A stretch of DNA of 64,000 nt from Mantamonas sphyraenae STR306 (GCA_026936335.1 JAPMXV010000047.1:14525-78524); one strand, 5' to 3'; positions 24,795 to 37,751 are shown, numbered from the stretch's first letter. Translations and numbers: made by a program. The notes: generated from the letters alone by a model not told the origin.

Positions 24795-25193
24795 TTTTGC
24801 GTGTGAAAAACGAGAAAAGTTTGGCCGTTTGCGCGCTTCCGCAGTTCTGCTCGTGTGTGGTGCTGTTCTGTGGGATTATGTTCCTTACAAACAGCTTTGT
24901 GAACGAGTTTCAGCGGGCAGTTGTGATCTATGTGACGGTTGGGACGGAGTGTGGCGAGGGGACTTGCGGCGGAGGAGTTGGAGGGCAGTGTGGAGGAGGA
25001 GATGATGGTGGAGATGCAGCAGGCGGAGACAAAGTGAACGAAGGAGTATATACCCCATGCCACGTTTCAATAGCAATAATCCGACGCCTTTCATTGGTGA
25101 TTGTGCTTGGCAACGTCGTGTGCAAGATTCAAATTCAGAACTCCATGGTCTAAAACAGGGGGCTACCACTGACAACGTACCCTTGACCAGCAC

Positions 25194-26759
25194 CTATTCA
25201 TTTCCCTGCTTCTTGACAAACGCAAATCGAATGTAGTGGCTCAACGACATGCTCATATCCTGGTGTCCAAGCATACCTTGGAGCAGCGTCAACCCTTGCC
25301 TCTTCAGTTCCTGCGCTCCCAACCACTCTGGATCCATGGCCAGCTGGTACAAAGCATAGCTAGTGTTCCACTGTCGCGGGTAGTTCAACCAGCTCTTCCA
25401 GGAGCAGTGCAGGTCCAGCGGGTGACCCTGTTTGCTCCACCGCACAATCTCATCGTATGACAGCCCTGTGATAGGTTCATCCACATCTCGATCCAAGCAG
25501 GACAGACACTCCATGTCCATCAGTGTCTCTCGCCAGAATTTGCGCACGACCCGTGTGGATCCGGCGGCGATGATGGATTGGAGTTGCTCTGCGCAATAGT
25601 CGGCTCCGTTTTCGATGAGCTCTTGATGGGTAAACAGGAGAATAGGTGCCCAGCGTCCTTCTTCCACCTTGCCCTGCGCGGTAAAGTGCACCCAGAGATA
25701 CCCATCGGCTGAACGGACCTCGTCGACTACCGTTGTCTTTTTGGCCACATCCACCAGTGCTGTGCGAAAGTAGAGCAGCATATACATCGATTCTGGTGTG
25801 TGCAATCCCGTGTTGAGGATGACCTGACGCACAGCTTCCCAGGCATCGAGAGAGACGGTCCGACCAAGATCCACCAAGGCCTTTTGCAGGAAGTGGGGCG
25901 TCACACGCAGCATCTGAGCCAGCTTGGCTTCCTTTTTGCGAGACAACAGCTTGCGCATGACCAGGTTGACGGGTTCCAGCTCGGCCATGCCCAGCAGTTG
26001 TCCTTGCAGCTGTTCGTCGTTTTCGTCGCGGCCGGGTTTGACCACCATCCGCTTGCTCTTGCGCTTCCACTCTTGACTGGCATCGGCCACGGGGAGATCG
26101 GCGTAGAATAGAGGGGCAGAGGTGCCGGTGTAGGTGCTGGGACCTTGCTGGTTGGAACTGGAGGAGAGGGAGAGGCTTGCGAGGTCAGCGACGAGGCTGG
26201 AGACATCATCGGCGTCTGTGTGAAGGGAGGGGTGTGAGTGGGGAGGTTGAGGCCGTGCAGGTGGATTGGAATCGGGGTACAAGATGTGCCGATAGATCCT
26301 ACCTTGTGTGTGTGCCATAGCAGCGAAGTCGTCGTTTCCCGCCTCTTTGTCAACGGCCGTTTGTGCCATTGTCTCTAAGCGCATGGGTGAGAGAAGAGTG
26401 AGTCATTGAAGTGGTGTAGATAGTTGACTAGTGGTGATTTGACGGCAGATACTACCTTGTGCGCGCCTCTTGGCCTGCTGGCGTGCAAATTCTTGCTCGG
26501 CTGCTTTCAACGCCGCGCGGCGGTCCTGTACATGCTGCTGCGCTTCATCAATGGCAGTAAACGCCTGTGGGTTGTCCTTGCGGTGCTGTGGGTTAAACAG
26601 TGACAACCCAGCCTCCTTGAGCTCTGCCTTGATGGACGTCCACTCGTCTGCTGCTTCGCGCGCGGCCAACCGAGCGGCATGCAGTTCGTCCTTAGCCAAC
26701 TGCAATGACGATGATTCAGTGTTCAGTGACACGTTCTCCTTGGCTTCTACGGTGGACAT
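25194..26759 (-). CDS. Hypothetical ~494-aa protein with N-terminal coiled coil; 2 exons (intron 26375-26455)
   Basis: Donor CAAG|GTAGTA and acceptor GCTTAG|AG join RRAQ to ETMAQ in phase 1, fusing ORFs 26403..26855 and 25194..26384. Confidence 0.7.
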
Positions 26760-27442
26760 CTTTGTCAAAACGGTTGGTGGAGAATGCGCGTGCAGCTGAG
26801 ATAAGTGGTCGCTTGAGATGCACACACGGCGAGAGGACGGATGATCAGCCATCAAAAATTGCCTTCTTTCGCAGTGATTGAGGCCAAATGGTGATTCAGT
26901 ACTGGACGCACCGATGTCGACTTATGGAACACCGTGAACGGATGAAGGCTTGTGAAAACTCCTGGTTCGCCCAATTTGGTTGCTCTGCAACCATAGATAG
27001 CTCAGTCTCACCAACCATCGTCATCGAAATGCGATCTGTTGGGTCAAGGTAGACTGTTCCGTGATGGGGATTGTGTCTTAAGATACGCGTGCTTCGAGCT
27101 ACCATGGAAAATGGCAATTGTCATATTGTCAACTCCAAGGCCAAGGCATTCTTCCGTGAGTTGGCTCGCATCAGAGATTCTGGCGATGATCGCCAGTACT
27201 GGCAATAACATTTCAGTGAGTACTGTGAGTTTGAAGAAGCAGCAAACCCGCGTCAAATCGTACATGCCCTCGTTGACTTGAAGCAGCTTCGGAGCCGTGC
27301 ACGCCGAGTCGTCCAGCCATGACGACGTCAACTGCAAGGCCACTTCATATCGCTGCTCATAAGAGCAGGGTACCCAGCCTCGTACCACTTCGTGCCATTC
27401 ACCATGTTGTCCCGCTGGCAAAGCAAACGCCCGTACAACGAA

Positions 27443-29657
27443 ATGCCCAGCAAGAAGACACCTCAAAGGCGTGCCAAAAGGAAGAAGCAGCAGGAAAAGG
27501 ATGACGAAAGGGCTGGCGAATCATCACCATCCACTCCCACAGCCTCGGTCTCACTGGACTGCGCCGCAACTGAGAAACAAGCTGTCCAATCTGTGAACGA
27601 GCTGCAATCCGGAGACAACCAGGGCACACCGGGGATGCCTGGTCGGTCTATGGGCACTGGGCTTGTACAACAATCAGCTTCAAAGGCGGAACGCAAGCAT
27701 AGCCAGAGCCCGAGTCACTCTGGGGGGACGCTCAGCAAGACCAAAGCCCAAGGGCGGGGAGTTTGCCGAGCAAACACACACAAAGATGAGAGTGTCGACT
27801 GCGAAGGATGCAAAGAATGCAAAGGTCAAAACAACACACAAACGGAAAGAACCACAGGGCAAGGGCAAGGGCAAGGGCTTGGGCAGGAGAAAGGTTTCTG
27901 GCCGCCAGCAACGGAAGCTTACCAAAGCACAGGAGAGAGTGTTGAGAGAAATATGTTTCAGGAGATGGAATGTGAACGAGCACTGCTGAACCAGCAGCGC
28001 CGTAGAGAGCGGCTGAAGCAGGAGGAAGAGGAAAGGCACAAGGCACAACGCTTGAACGACACCATACACAAGGCAGAGGTGCACCTGGCAAGAGCATCGG
28101 GAAAGAACAGTGCAAACGAGTTGGGAAATGTGATTCTCCAGCCGCACCCCAAGGCACGCCATTCCCGCCTTCAAACACTGCCCAAGGAGGGGAAGCGGAG
28201 AACAAGGAAGGCGGAAAAGCGTGGGTCAACACCTGGAAAGATAGAACTTACCCCCCTTTGTTGAACATATGCTGTGGATTCCCACTCTGGTGCTTGGGGA
28301 CAACCCCCGATGGGTGTACGATTCTGCAGCAGGACACCGATACCAACGGGATGGAGATCACCGAGGTGCGCGTGCGTGCCGCAGACGAATCAGCGATGGC
28401 CACAATGATGAATGCAACACTTGCTGCTTCCCCAAAAGCGACAAGGGAGTGCCTGCAGTCCACACTCATCCCCGTGGACACCTTCCTGGAAGGACTTCGC
28501 GATCAATCCGAGAGTAGTCTGCCTGAACCATGGGACGCCGGTATTCTGGCGAGTCTGTGGCAACGATCGCAAAACAAGAATTCCGGTGAGCTTTTTGTTG
28601 GGTTTGTTCACAACACGGGACGGTGTAGCGAGTTCTGGACCTTGGCCCTGCAAGGGGCGACCAAGTCGAACCACGCACGTGAGCGGATGCTGGGCATTCG
28701 GATGCCAGCTTGTTTCCACTGGAAACGAGACGTGTGTCCGTCGATTGTGATGTCCCACCATGATAGTTGGGAGCTGATTCAACCCTCATGTACTGTGGTC
28801 CTATCTGGCGACATCTCCACCGTCGTGACACTGATTCCAAGAGCACCACTGGGCTTGCAAGTGCTTTATCCACCATCCAAACACGGAACCACGATGATCA
28901 ACATGGCCAAAGATGGGCAGTGCATGGCTGAGCTTTCCGTCCTTGAGCGGCAGCTGGTGCAGCGGGTATGCGAGGAAGCGGAGGTCGACGGCGACACCAC
29001 ACGCGTGCTGGGACAGAGGGGACCGAACCACGGTACCGTGGTGTTGGTCCGCGACAAATGAGTACACAGGTGTGTTTTGCAACGGCGAGTCCGTGTGTGG
29101 CGCCCCTGGGGTGTGGGTAACAATGGTGAACACATGGGACGACGCCGAGACGTTGACAGAACTTGGGGACGAAGAGTGCAATTGAGTGCGCAGAGGAACC
29201 AAGGGAGAAGATTGGTGGTGCTTTGCCAACGCTCGATCCAGCTTGACCAAGCTCATACGCAATTTGAGACGCTCTGCAAGCAAGCCAATAGACAAGTGAT
29301 GCGCTCGTGACCAGTCTTCCTTGCGGTGGCGACTTGTTGTTGTAGTTTTCACATGGTTTGAGGTGCGCAGGACATCACCAGCGTTGAACCTTCGGGCCTG
29401 GGTGATTAAACCGCTGCAGTCAGTGGGGCGGCAAACGGATGTTTGCGTCGTTATTTGGTCGGCAATCGCAAGGCATGATACAGGTGGGAGACAAAATGGG
29501 TGCCAAGGACGACAGGGTGAAGCGTGTGATGGATGGATTGATGGTGTTCAATCCATGCAGAAAGTGGAGCACAGGTCGCATCACCGCATCTTCGTTGCAA
29601 AGGATGAATGAGCTTGACACAGTGCACAGTGATGGCAAAATGGAGATTGGCAGCTGA
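27443..29657 (+). pseudogene. Hypothetical gene broken into a chain of overlapping ORFs
   Basis: ORF 27392..28264 overlaps 28258..29061 at a C6 run (28251-28256). Further frame hops continue to ~29657. Confidence 0.45.
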
Positions 29658-29784
29658 TTAGGGAGGATGCCACCGTGTCGCTGTGAACTAAACTGCGGAC
29701 TGGTCGGGCCTGGTTGTGCGAACCAGCGTCCATGACCTCCAACTACGAGCGTTCTTGCGCCAATGGCTTCAACACAACTCAGGA

Positions 29785-30099
29785 ATGAGCGAAGATAGCA
29801 ATCTTGTCCCATTGAAAGAGGGCGCCTTTCTGCAAATGATTGAGGAATACAATCAAGTCGGGACTTTTGGAGAAAAAAACAAACGGCTTGCCTTTCACCA
29901 CACGTTTGCGAAGTTGCTGGCCGATAAAGGCTTGGCTTTGTTTTACAAGGAGGGTCATGCGGGCAACGGACAAAAATTCGTGGTAGCGAAGCGTGGTGGA
30001 GACATCCTTACACAAGAGGATATTGACAACTGGTGTCAATATGTACGTGATCAAGATGAAAGCTTAGATTTCGAGTACGCGCTGCAAGATGAAGCTTAG
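29785..30099 (+). CDS. Small hypothetical protein (104 aa) in a lower-GC stretch
   Basis: ATG ORF with protein-like composition; its stop is created within a tandem duplication. Confidence 0.4.
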   Translation: MSEDSNLVPLKEGAFLQMIEEYNQVGTFGEKNKRLAFHHTFAKLLADKGLALFYKEGHAGNGQKFVVAKRGGDILTQEDIDNWCQYVRDQDESLDFEYALQDEA

Positions 30100-30115
30100 A
30101 TTTCGAGTACTCGCT
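30052..30115 (+). repeat. 33-nt imperfect tandem duplication
   Basis: caagatgaaagcttagatttcgagtacgcgct followed by caagatgaagcttagatttcgagtactcgct. Confidence 0.9.
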
Positions 30116-31699
30116 TTCTTATTTGCACAACCCAACCCAGCAAAGAAGGGGGTCTCTTCGGCCACCCAAAAATGTGATGGAAGCGTTTCAATGGCCTTTA
30201 CAAAGCATTACGCCAAGTTGTAGGCAATGAAACCCATTGTGTGAAAGACCCAACACTTAAAGCAACGCTACCGCCAAAACTTCCCTCTTGCGTGTGGAAA
30301 AGATCTTCACGTGCATGGACACAAAGTCCATTCGAGAGGTGTATCGTTTGTCGCGATCGTGCGTGAACCGCTTGATGGTGAAGTACCGTGTCGTTTGGTG
30401 CGCTGCACGGACGAGACACACCAGGCGCGAGGTCGCGAACGTACCCTCCCAATCCCGTTGTCTGTACAAAACGCACGTTTTTCGTCATAATGGACAGTTA
30501 CACCGATTGGCTTCCTTGTTCAATGCTGCGGCTGAGCATACGAACCATCGTGTTGGACAAGCTCCCAATCCGTGCAGATGAGTGGAAATGCATTCATTCC
30601 TGCATGCTTTGGTGCCCTGGCTATGTCCACGGAAAGGCAATGGGAGGGAACGCGTTGTGACAAAAACACCGGATAGCGGGTGGTATCTCATCCAGAGCTA
30701 AACAATGGCGAGATTCGGGGAACGATGTACTTGCTGATTCCCACAGCCGTTCGCTGGGTCCTCTCAGTGGTGAAGACTGACCGACTGCGTACGCATTGAT
30801 AAGAAAATTGCCCATGACCGAGGACTGATACTTGCTACGGAGTGTGAAACCAGGACGCAGTGAGAAAGATCGCCTTCGCTGACTAGAGAGGTGAGATCCG
30901 AGGATTGACCTTCGTTTGGCTAGGTGGAAACGCAAGTCCGTCATATGTAAATTTTGATTCAAAAACAAATCCAGAATATGATCGTTCTCTCAATTTCAGT
31001 TTCAATCAAAATTTACAATATCCATGTCATCTTCGGTATATTGCGCCTGTTGTTGATTGGCATTTGAAACGACGACCAGATGTGGTAATCTGTGCAGAAA
31101 GCAAGCGCCTGCATCCGGCTTGATCCTTCACGTTCCTCGTACGGACCTAACCTGCCAGTTGTCCGAAACATGGCGATATTGTGCAAACAACGAGTTTAAA
31201 ACCAACCACCAAGAACTTCTCTTCGATCGTGTTCTCTCCCGATGTTCGATCGCACTAGGAGCCACGCCTTTGATACAGAGTCTTGCCAAGCACACATGTC
31301 GTGCATCATTGCATTTTCACACTACTTTGCTGACCATGCACAAAGTTTGGGGGTTCCGCGTGAAATCTTATCCAAACGCGAGAGGGAAAAATGGGAATGG
31401 AGTTTGCGTTTTTTATGCGTTGTCTGTGTGCTTTACATGATGGGTTTCATTGTCTTCGGCATGGATTACTGCTTGACTTGTTGCCACGTAACGCTTCCAT
31501 CATGCTTCGATGCCCGAAAAGATACTCCCTTCTTTGGTGGAGGAGGGGTTTATCTTTTCGGCATTCAGAGTCTTCCTTGAAGCAATCTATGAGAATGCCC
31601 ACCACTAAACCCGACACAATCGGTTTACTGTTGGTAAAAAGACAGCTCACAACTCATCATGTAGATTTGCGCAGCGGTCCTGGTCTGCACACTGGTTGT

Positions 31700-32460
31700 T
31701 TGGTACATGCCAGCAACGGGAGAGCGAATCCTTCTCACACAGGTTCCAACGTGATTCCATCGCCTTTGATCGTGACCGAGGAGGACGGTGGAAAGGTGTG
31801 TACTCTCAAGTTTGGAGCGAAAGACATACGCCAGAGTCAAGTGCGCCTTGGTGACCCGACCTGGATAGCGTTGCCGTACCATCGAAGAATGCTGGCCTCA
31901 ACTTCCGGTTCTCCAAAGCCCCACTGGACCACGTGGTGGTCAATGGCTGTGGTGGTGGCACTCTCTCCAAGTTTATACGCACTCACTACCCCGATGCCCG
32001 CCTCGACACCGTTGAGCGTGATCCTGCCGTCGTGGAAATCGCTCGGAATTAGTTTGAACTCCCCACCGACAGCAACGTTCATGTCCACCTGAATGGTGAC
32101 GGCGAAGACTTTGTCTCGAAGTGTCGAGGCGGTGAGTATATGATCTTGTTTTTCAAGTTAGTTGCGCGGGAGTACCATGTTCAATGATTTCAAAAAGGAA
32201 GCGATGTCGATTTCCATGCCACTGAGCAGGTGCGCCAATCGGCTTGGAAACTGTGGAGTCGTGTGATGGAAATTGGAGGTGACACACCCTTTCGTGATGG
32301 GTTGTGTGTGGATGCAGGATCCGTACCCTCGAGCCGAACTCGCAGCACACTCGCTCGCCAGGGCCCACGCCACGCACAGCTGGTCCTTGGGCGCTCGTTT
32401 TGAGCTGATCCTGTGCAACCGACTCATCGTGGTCGTTGTGCCGATCAACGTCTTTCATTG
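31700..32460 (+). pseudogene. Spermidine-synthase-like class I SAM-binding protein, disrupted (boundaries approximate)
   Basis: QSQVRLGDPTWIALPYHRRM, then after a frameshift at ~31920 HVVVNGCGGGTLSKFIRTHYPDARLDTVERDPAVVEIARN*FEL...GDGEDF. In-frame TAG at 32050-32052; YDLVF follows after another shift. Confidence 0.7.
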
Positions 32461-32532
32461 AAGATAAGTGTGCGTTGTCTTCGGGAAAAGAAAGTCCTCC
32501 TAGACGAGTAGGCGCTCACCTGACCACCAGAA

Positions 32533-33879
32533 ATGTTCATGCGAGCAGCACAAACGGTTCAGGCTGAGAAGGCGGTCTACGGAATGCTCGGCCTTGCGTT
32601 TGGATTTGGTGTCGCATGTGCAAGTCGTCCGAGCTCTGAGCTCGTGAGTAGCAGAACGGGCGACGAAGCCTGCCGTGGTTGCATTCACAAGATGGTTGCC
32701 TCGCTATCAGGGGACACGCGAGCCGTGGTGTCGAAACGCGTGCTCGAGCGTGCGTGCCGGCAGGTATGGGACGAAGAGACTGCGGTGGCGACACTCTGTG
32801 AATTGGAGAACACAAAGGTGCTCACCGAACTCGGTCCGCGTGCAATGTTTTTCACGGTCCATAAGCAACACATGGTCCGAGAAGAGGATGGTGTGTTGAC
32901 GCGTGGAGAAAGGTTGGATCTTCTACGTGGGTACACCGATACCGTTTGGAAGGATGCGTTGACGGTCGAAGAGCGGGTCGCCGTTTCGCTGCAGTTGCAG
33001 CATGTTTTGGAGGGCTTTGAGAACAACTACAACGAAGTGGCCCGTGAGGCTGTGGTTGGACTATGGGTTGCAGGGCTGTACTCTCTCGGCCTGTCTGATG
33101 AGACTGAGGCCAGAAAGATGGTGTTGTTTGATAAGGCAGAGGATGTAATGCAGAGGTACAAAGTGAAGGACAACGTCAGCAAGGTGCTGCGCTTCCTCGC
33201 TCGTGGAGGGACTTTGGCAAAGATTCCAAAAGAGGTGTGTGCTGATGCAGACCACGCTTTGGAGTGCTTGGAGAGCCACCCCATGGTATTTGGAGAAGAT
33301 GTCCCCCCGCTCGTCAAAGATTGGCGCCTGCAGTACAAGGCACTCATGTGTTTGCAAAACGCGATTTACGGGAGCGCTGAACGATGCAAAGCAGGTTCGG
33401 AAACGCTAGCTGATATCGTCAATGAGGACCTATCGCTCCTGGGGGAGCACCTTTACACCGGCTTGGAAGGTGTGCTTCTCAGCAACCATCTCGACATTGA
33501 GATGACGGCAGCGTTAGCATTCTGGCACATTGGAAAAGTTGAAGTGGCAGCGTACTACATGCATCGTGCAAGTATTTTTGCCACGACTCTTTATGGCAGA
33601 GACTCAGTCGCGACCCTGCACATTGACCTGGCGAGTCAGCATGTTGCAAACGCTGCCCTCAGCAAAGAGGGATTGGGTATCCGCGCGGGGGTGCTGGACA
33701 ATGCGCTGAAAGTTTACGAGAGGTTGCAGGCGACACTGTGCACAAACCACATCCCACATTTCGTGAGTGCGGACAGGCTGGAAAAGTTTGCGTGTGCGAG
33801 CATGAAGGAGCTCATGCCGAAGCTACAGGTGGACGAGCGAATCAGATTTCAACATGTTATGCGCATGTGTAGCAAGTAG
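32533..33879 (+). CDS. Alpha-helical protein (448 aa), possibly winged-helix plus TPR-like
   Basis: Intact ORF. LCELENTKVL...FTVHKQH resembles the winged helix of STAND proteins; ATTLYGRDSVAT resembles kinesin-light-chain-type TPR turns. Confidence 0.6.
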   Translation: MFMRAAQTVQAEKAVYGMLGLAFGFGVACASRPSSELVSSRTGDEACRGCIHKMVASLSGDTRAVVSKRVLERACRQVWDEETAVATLCELENTKVLTELGPRAMFFTVHKQHMVREEDGVLTRGERLDLLRGYTDTVWKDALTVEERVAVSLQLQHVLEGFENNYNEVAREAVVGLWVAGLYSLGLSDETEARKMVLFDKAEDVMQRYKVKDNVSKVLRFLARGGTLAKIPKEVCADADHALECLESHPMVFGEDVPPLVKDWRLQYKALMCLQNAIYGSAERCKAGSETLADIVNEDLSLLGEHLYTGLEGVLLSNHLDIEMTAALAFWHIGKVEVAAYYMHRASIFATTLYGRDSVATLHIDLASQHVANAALSKEGLGIRAGVLDNALKVYERLQATLCTNHIPHFVSADRLEKFACASMKELMPKLQVDERIRFQHVMRMCSK

Positions 33880-34110
33880 TTGTGAACCTGCTGCTCCGCG
33901 AAAGGAGCAGTCCTACTCCTTTGACAAACCCCTCACGGAACACTCCTACGATCCCGGTTCCATGAACGCCATCCACTCCTAGTCCAGCTCACCTCTGGGC
34001 CACAAACCCGGCAACCAATCTCGTCATCCCACACAGCACGCATCGCATGATGAGAAGCGGCCACATAAAGTCGGTTTGCTGATCGGCGACGTGCTTCAAA
34101 ATCATCTTGG

Positions 34111-34998
34111 TCACGCATTCGTCGGGGAGTCAACAAACATGTGCTCATACTTGGATCGCGCGTCGACATTGAGGTTGCGCACCTCGCGAAACCATTCTCG
34201 CTCAGCGTGAGATGTCATCCACACAGAGAGAAGCTCAGCTCGCGAAACATCCGGTGCAAGTCCAGCAGGCCATCCTCCATCCTTAGCCAGCAAGAGCACA
34301 CAGGATTTCCCACCCACGCCACCCGTCGGTACCAGATCGGTCCACAGCACAACACTGTGTGTGCGGTACTGTTGCGGCAGCAGGGGTGCTGCAAAGTCCA
34401 CCAACGAGGCCTCCCATCGCGGATTGTCGTCGTGCAGTCCTCCGCCGAGGTCCATCGCCTCCTGCGTGCACATCATGGCTGCCAGTCGTCCACGTACCCA
34501 CGTGGCTATCTTCCATTTGAGTCGAGGAAGAGCGTACACAAGGACTGCTCTGCTGTGTGCTTCGTGCTTGTCGGCAAACTCGAAATCCTTGAGCGGTGGT
34601 CGTTTCTTTGACAAGTTGGAGTGCCTCGTCTGTGTTTGCACACGGTGCATACCGCTGCGGCCACAGCACGTCCGCCTCTACCTGATCAACACTCCTGACA
34701 TTACCCGAAACCTCTGGCCAGGATGACGGCCGAGTCGTATCGCCGTGCCAGAATTGACTGCGCGCTGCCGCGGAAAGTCGAACGCGAAATGCGCCAGCCA
34801 GGTCGGAGCTGAGGCATGGGGCCCGCAGTTGCCGAGAGTAAACGGCGAGTGCTTGTAAAATCCGCGACACATATACACGGCTGGTGGCAGGCGCACCATG
34901 CACTGCACGCGAAACTCGGCAAACATGTACAACTCTGCTTTGGCAAGGACCTGCTGCATTATGGTCCGTGAAACCGTCATAAACACGTGCGAATACAT
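34111..34998 (-). CDS. Hypothetical protein(s), possibly spliced or frameshifted
   Basis: Adjacent ORFs 34678..34998 and 34111..34650; no motif recognised. Confidence 0.3.
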
Positions 34999-35255
34999 GA
35001 ACCCACCGTTCTCGTGTTCCCATTTGAGAGCAGAGCAGCACCAGTCGAGCAGCCGGGATCGGTGATCTCATTCTAGCTGTTCCTCGACACTGAGGTCTTT
35101 TCCAAGGAGATACGAATCAACTCTCAACACCGCGATTCCACGACGTGCTGGGATCGGAACTGATATGTATGATCGGTTCGACAAACTGTGATTCTGGTAC
35201 TTGGAGAAATCAGCCACGGTGTCCGGGGTTCCTCGGAAGGCAAAGGAAGGAGGAA

Positions 35256-36266
35256 ATGAAGGAGCGCAGCGTCGACCAAGTAAACCCATCCGCGCGTGCA
35301 ATGTCAACCATCTCACAGGACGACTGGTGGGGCGACTTGTTCCAAGGCGATGTGTCGGACGAATGCTTCTCGGAGAAGGAGAACCTGCTGATCAGCCGCT
35401 ATGAGCTTTCCACGGACCAGCAGCGCGTCCTACACGCGGTGAACCAAACACGCAACATTGAGCGCATCCCAGCGGAAGAACTAGTGTGGAACATTGGAGT
35501 ATGCTCAGCCGGAGGCGACGTCGAGTGGCCACAGGTGTACAAGACGGTGCTGGAGCGCGTATCGCGCTTTGAGGAGGCAGAGCGAAAGTATGGGTGGGTG
35601 TCCGGCGAGTGGACACCCGAGCTGATGCGATTGCTCATTCGCAACTGGTATTGTGGCATGATGGTCATTGTTCCGGGTGTGGTTTGCACAAACGGAAGCC
35701 CGTTGATGTTTGTGCACGAGTACTACGCCTACGCGCCTCTGATTGAGGACCAGGACGACGCATACATCCAACAGACCATCGATCTCTTTGTGCGCCAGAC
35801 TCGCTCCATCTGCAAGAGCTACCCGACAGCCACGACAAAGGGTTTGGTCAGCTTCAGCGACTTTACCCACTTTGATCATGACCGCTACGACATGCATCGA
35901 CAAAAGATGGAGCACGCCGAGGTCGGGGCGTACATCCCCTCCAAACTCGTCCGCATGATCGCCACCAACACAGACGAAAAGATGAACAAGCTTTACAGTG
36001 AATACCCTGCCCGTATGCTCAAGAAGTGGGGACTAGCACAGTACGATGGTGGTCTTTCGGACGCCATTGAGAACGATGAATACCTGCCATCTGTAGATGT
36101 CATTCCCCAGTTTATGGGTGGCAATTCGCACGTTAACATCCTTGAGTGTCTCCAACATCTGCTGAGCCAGGAGCCAGAGGCTCTGAAACTGCTAGAGTCC
36201 GTCCACGAGGAGATGAGGGTTGACGGAGAGCTTCCAAATCCAGAATACATGGGACAGGGAGAGTGA
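35256..36266 (+). CDS. CRAL-TRIO/Sec14-like lipid-binding protein
   Basis: KGLVSFSDF, YIPSKLVRMIATN and IPQFMGG match the Sec14 pattern G.v.i.D / P.rl..i...N / lP.e.GG. Confidence 0.7.
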   Translation: MKERSVDQVNPSARAMSTISQDDWWGDLFQGDVSDECFSEKENLLISRYELSTDQQRVLHAVNQTRNIERIPAEELVWNIGVCSAGGDVEWPQVYKTVLERVSRFEEAERKYGWVSGEWTPELMRLLIRNWYCGMMVIVPGVVCTNGSPLMFVHEYYAYAPLIEDQDDAYIQQTIDLFVRQTRSICKSYPTATTKGLVSFSDFTHFDHDRYDMHRQKMEHAEVGAYIPSKLVRMIATNTDEKMNKLYSEYPARMLKKWGLAQYDGGLSDAIENDEYLPSVDVIPQFMGGNSHVNILECLQHLLSQEPEALKLLESVHEEMRVDGELPNPEYMGQGE

Positions 36267-36425
36267 CCACCTCACCTCGTATATCCTTGTATGGCCAATC
36301 CCACCCACCCTCGTACCTGCCCCGTCCCCGTCGGTACAGGAACACTGAGTTTGTTGCATCCAATCTTGACGAAAACGCAAATTTTCAACCAACTGCCGCT
36401 TTGCGTCCAACTACCCAACCCAACA

Positions 36426-37703
36426 ATGTCCCTCAACGAAGCTGTGTCCACACTCGAATCGTCCGAGGGTCTTGCCTGGCCTGCACTTGACATCCAAGCA
36501 CTTGACATCCAAGACGTGGAAGCCTCTCCGTTGCAAAGAGTTACACGCCTCCAGCGCAAGCGGACCCTCTCGACCAGCTCGGAAGACTCGAGCGCAAGCA
36601 CGGCAACTGTGTCCACGCAAGATTCCCAACAAGCACGCGGGGAGAAGCAGCAGTGGGTGAATGACGAGTCCGGAGACGCTGTAGAGCCTGGTGAGTGTCG
36701 TCAGAGTGAGTAGAGCCCGTTTCTTGGTTTTCCCTCCCAAAACCAAGCTCGCCTTTCACGTGGCTATCACGGCTCTGTTTCCATATGCCACCCACACAGC
36801 ACGTTCAGGTAGAGTTGGAAGGGGACAGGCACGTGCACATCGACACCCGATAGGGCTACAAGAGGCGACTGGGACCTCCCAGAGCATGTGTCCCTCGTTG
36901 CCAGGCGTCCTTGCGCTCAACCGACACGTGTTACTGTCCATCGTCGAGGGCATGGAGGTTGCATTCGTCAAAGGCGCGCACAAACCCGTCGGTGTTGACA
37001 AACCCATCCTTGTTGAGGTCAACCATGCGACTCGTGGTGCGCTGAGTGCAAGCCCAGGTTGCCACAGGAGACGCTATAACTCTGGAGCAACAACATCAAG
37101 GAAGAAGGTGCAGTAGCAGTTGCGCAGGCGCTGAGTGAGAACAGCAGCTTGCACAGTCTGTACCTCGGTGACAACGTCATCAGTGTAGGAGGAACTGAAG
37201 CACTGACAAAGGCAATGGAAGACAATCGGTCGTGCTGCAAGATACTGGGCGTTGACAACGACGCACTGAAGTCGCTGTTGGAGATAAACAAGAAGCAGCA
37301 TGTGGAGTTTGTGGATTGTGGGGATGTGGAGAAGATGGCTGCGCTGAGGGAGTGGGGTGTGCCTGTGGAGTTGAAACCCGCGCTGGAGCGAGCAGTGAGT
37401 GAACGGGACGAGAGGATTACGGAGGTGTTGAGAGAATGGGGTGAGCAGCCGAGGGTGAAAACGGTGGAGATGGTGAGGGAGGCAGGGTGGAGGAAGGCGT
37501 GGCATTGGATTGGGTGGGTTGGACAGGTGGATGAGGCGATGAAGGTGGCGTTGGTGATGAATGTGGAGGAGAGGGAGGCGATGTTTGCGTGTGGAGGGAT
37601 GGAGGAAAACCAGCCAAGTGCACTATGCAGCACACTTCCAGATGAGGTGATGACAAGGCTGGAGGTGGGGACAATGAATTCTGGCGAGGTATCTGATATC
37701 TAA
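36426..37703 (+). pseudogene. LRR/'WHW' paralog with putative intron 36691-36808, a frame change and an in-frame TAA, right copy
   Basis: Donor CCTG|GTGAGT and acceptor TTCAG|GT. The LRR frame reads TL*LWSNNIKEEGAVAVAQALSENSSLHSLYLGDNVISVGG. C-terminus GWRKAWHW...VDEAM...LPDEV. Confidence 0.55.
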
Positions 37704-37751
37704 AACAAGCTTGTACAAGCCACTGGTTCCATCTCGGAATGCGACAACATC

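Noticed and set aside
32050-37080. Alternative genetic code (TAA/TAG = Tyr), suggested by ARN*FEL and TL*LWSN at Tyr-like positions
   Set aside because: Multi-kb ORFs contain no internal TAA/TAG and use TAC/TAT, several genes end in TAA/TAG, and both cases lie in otherwise disrupted genes. Single-base nonsense changes explain them.
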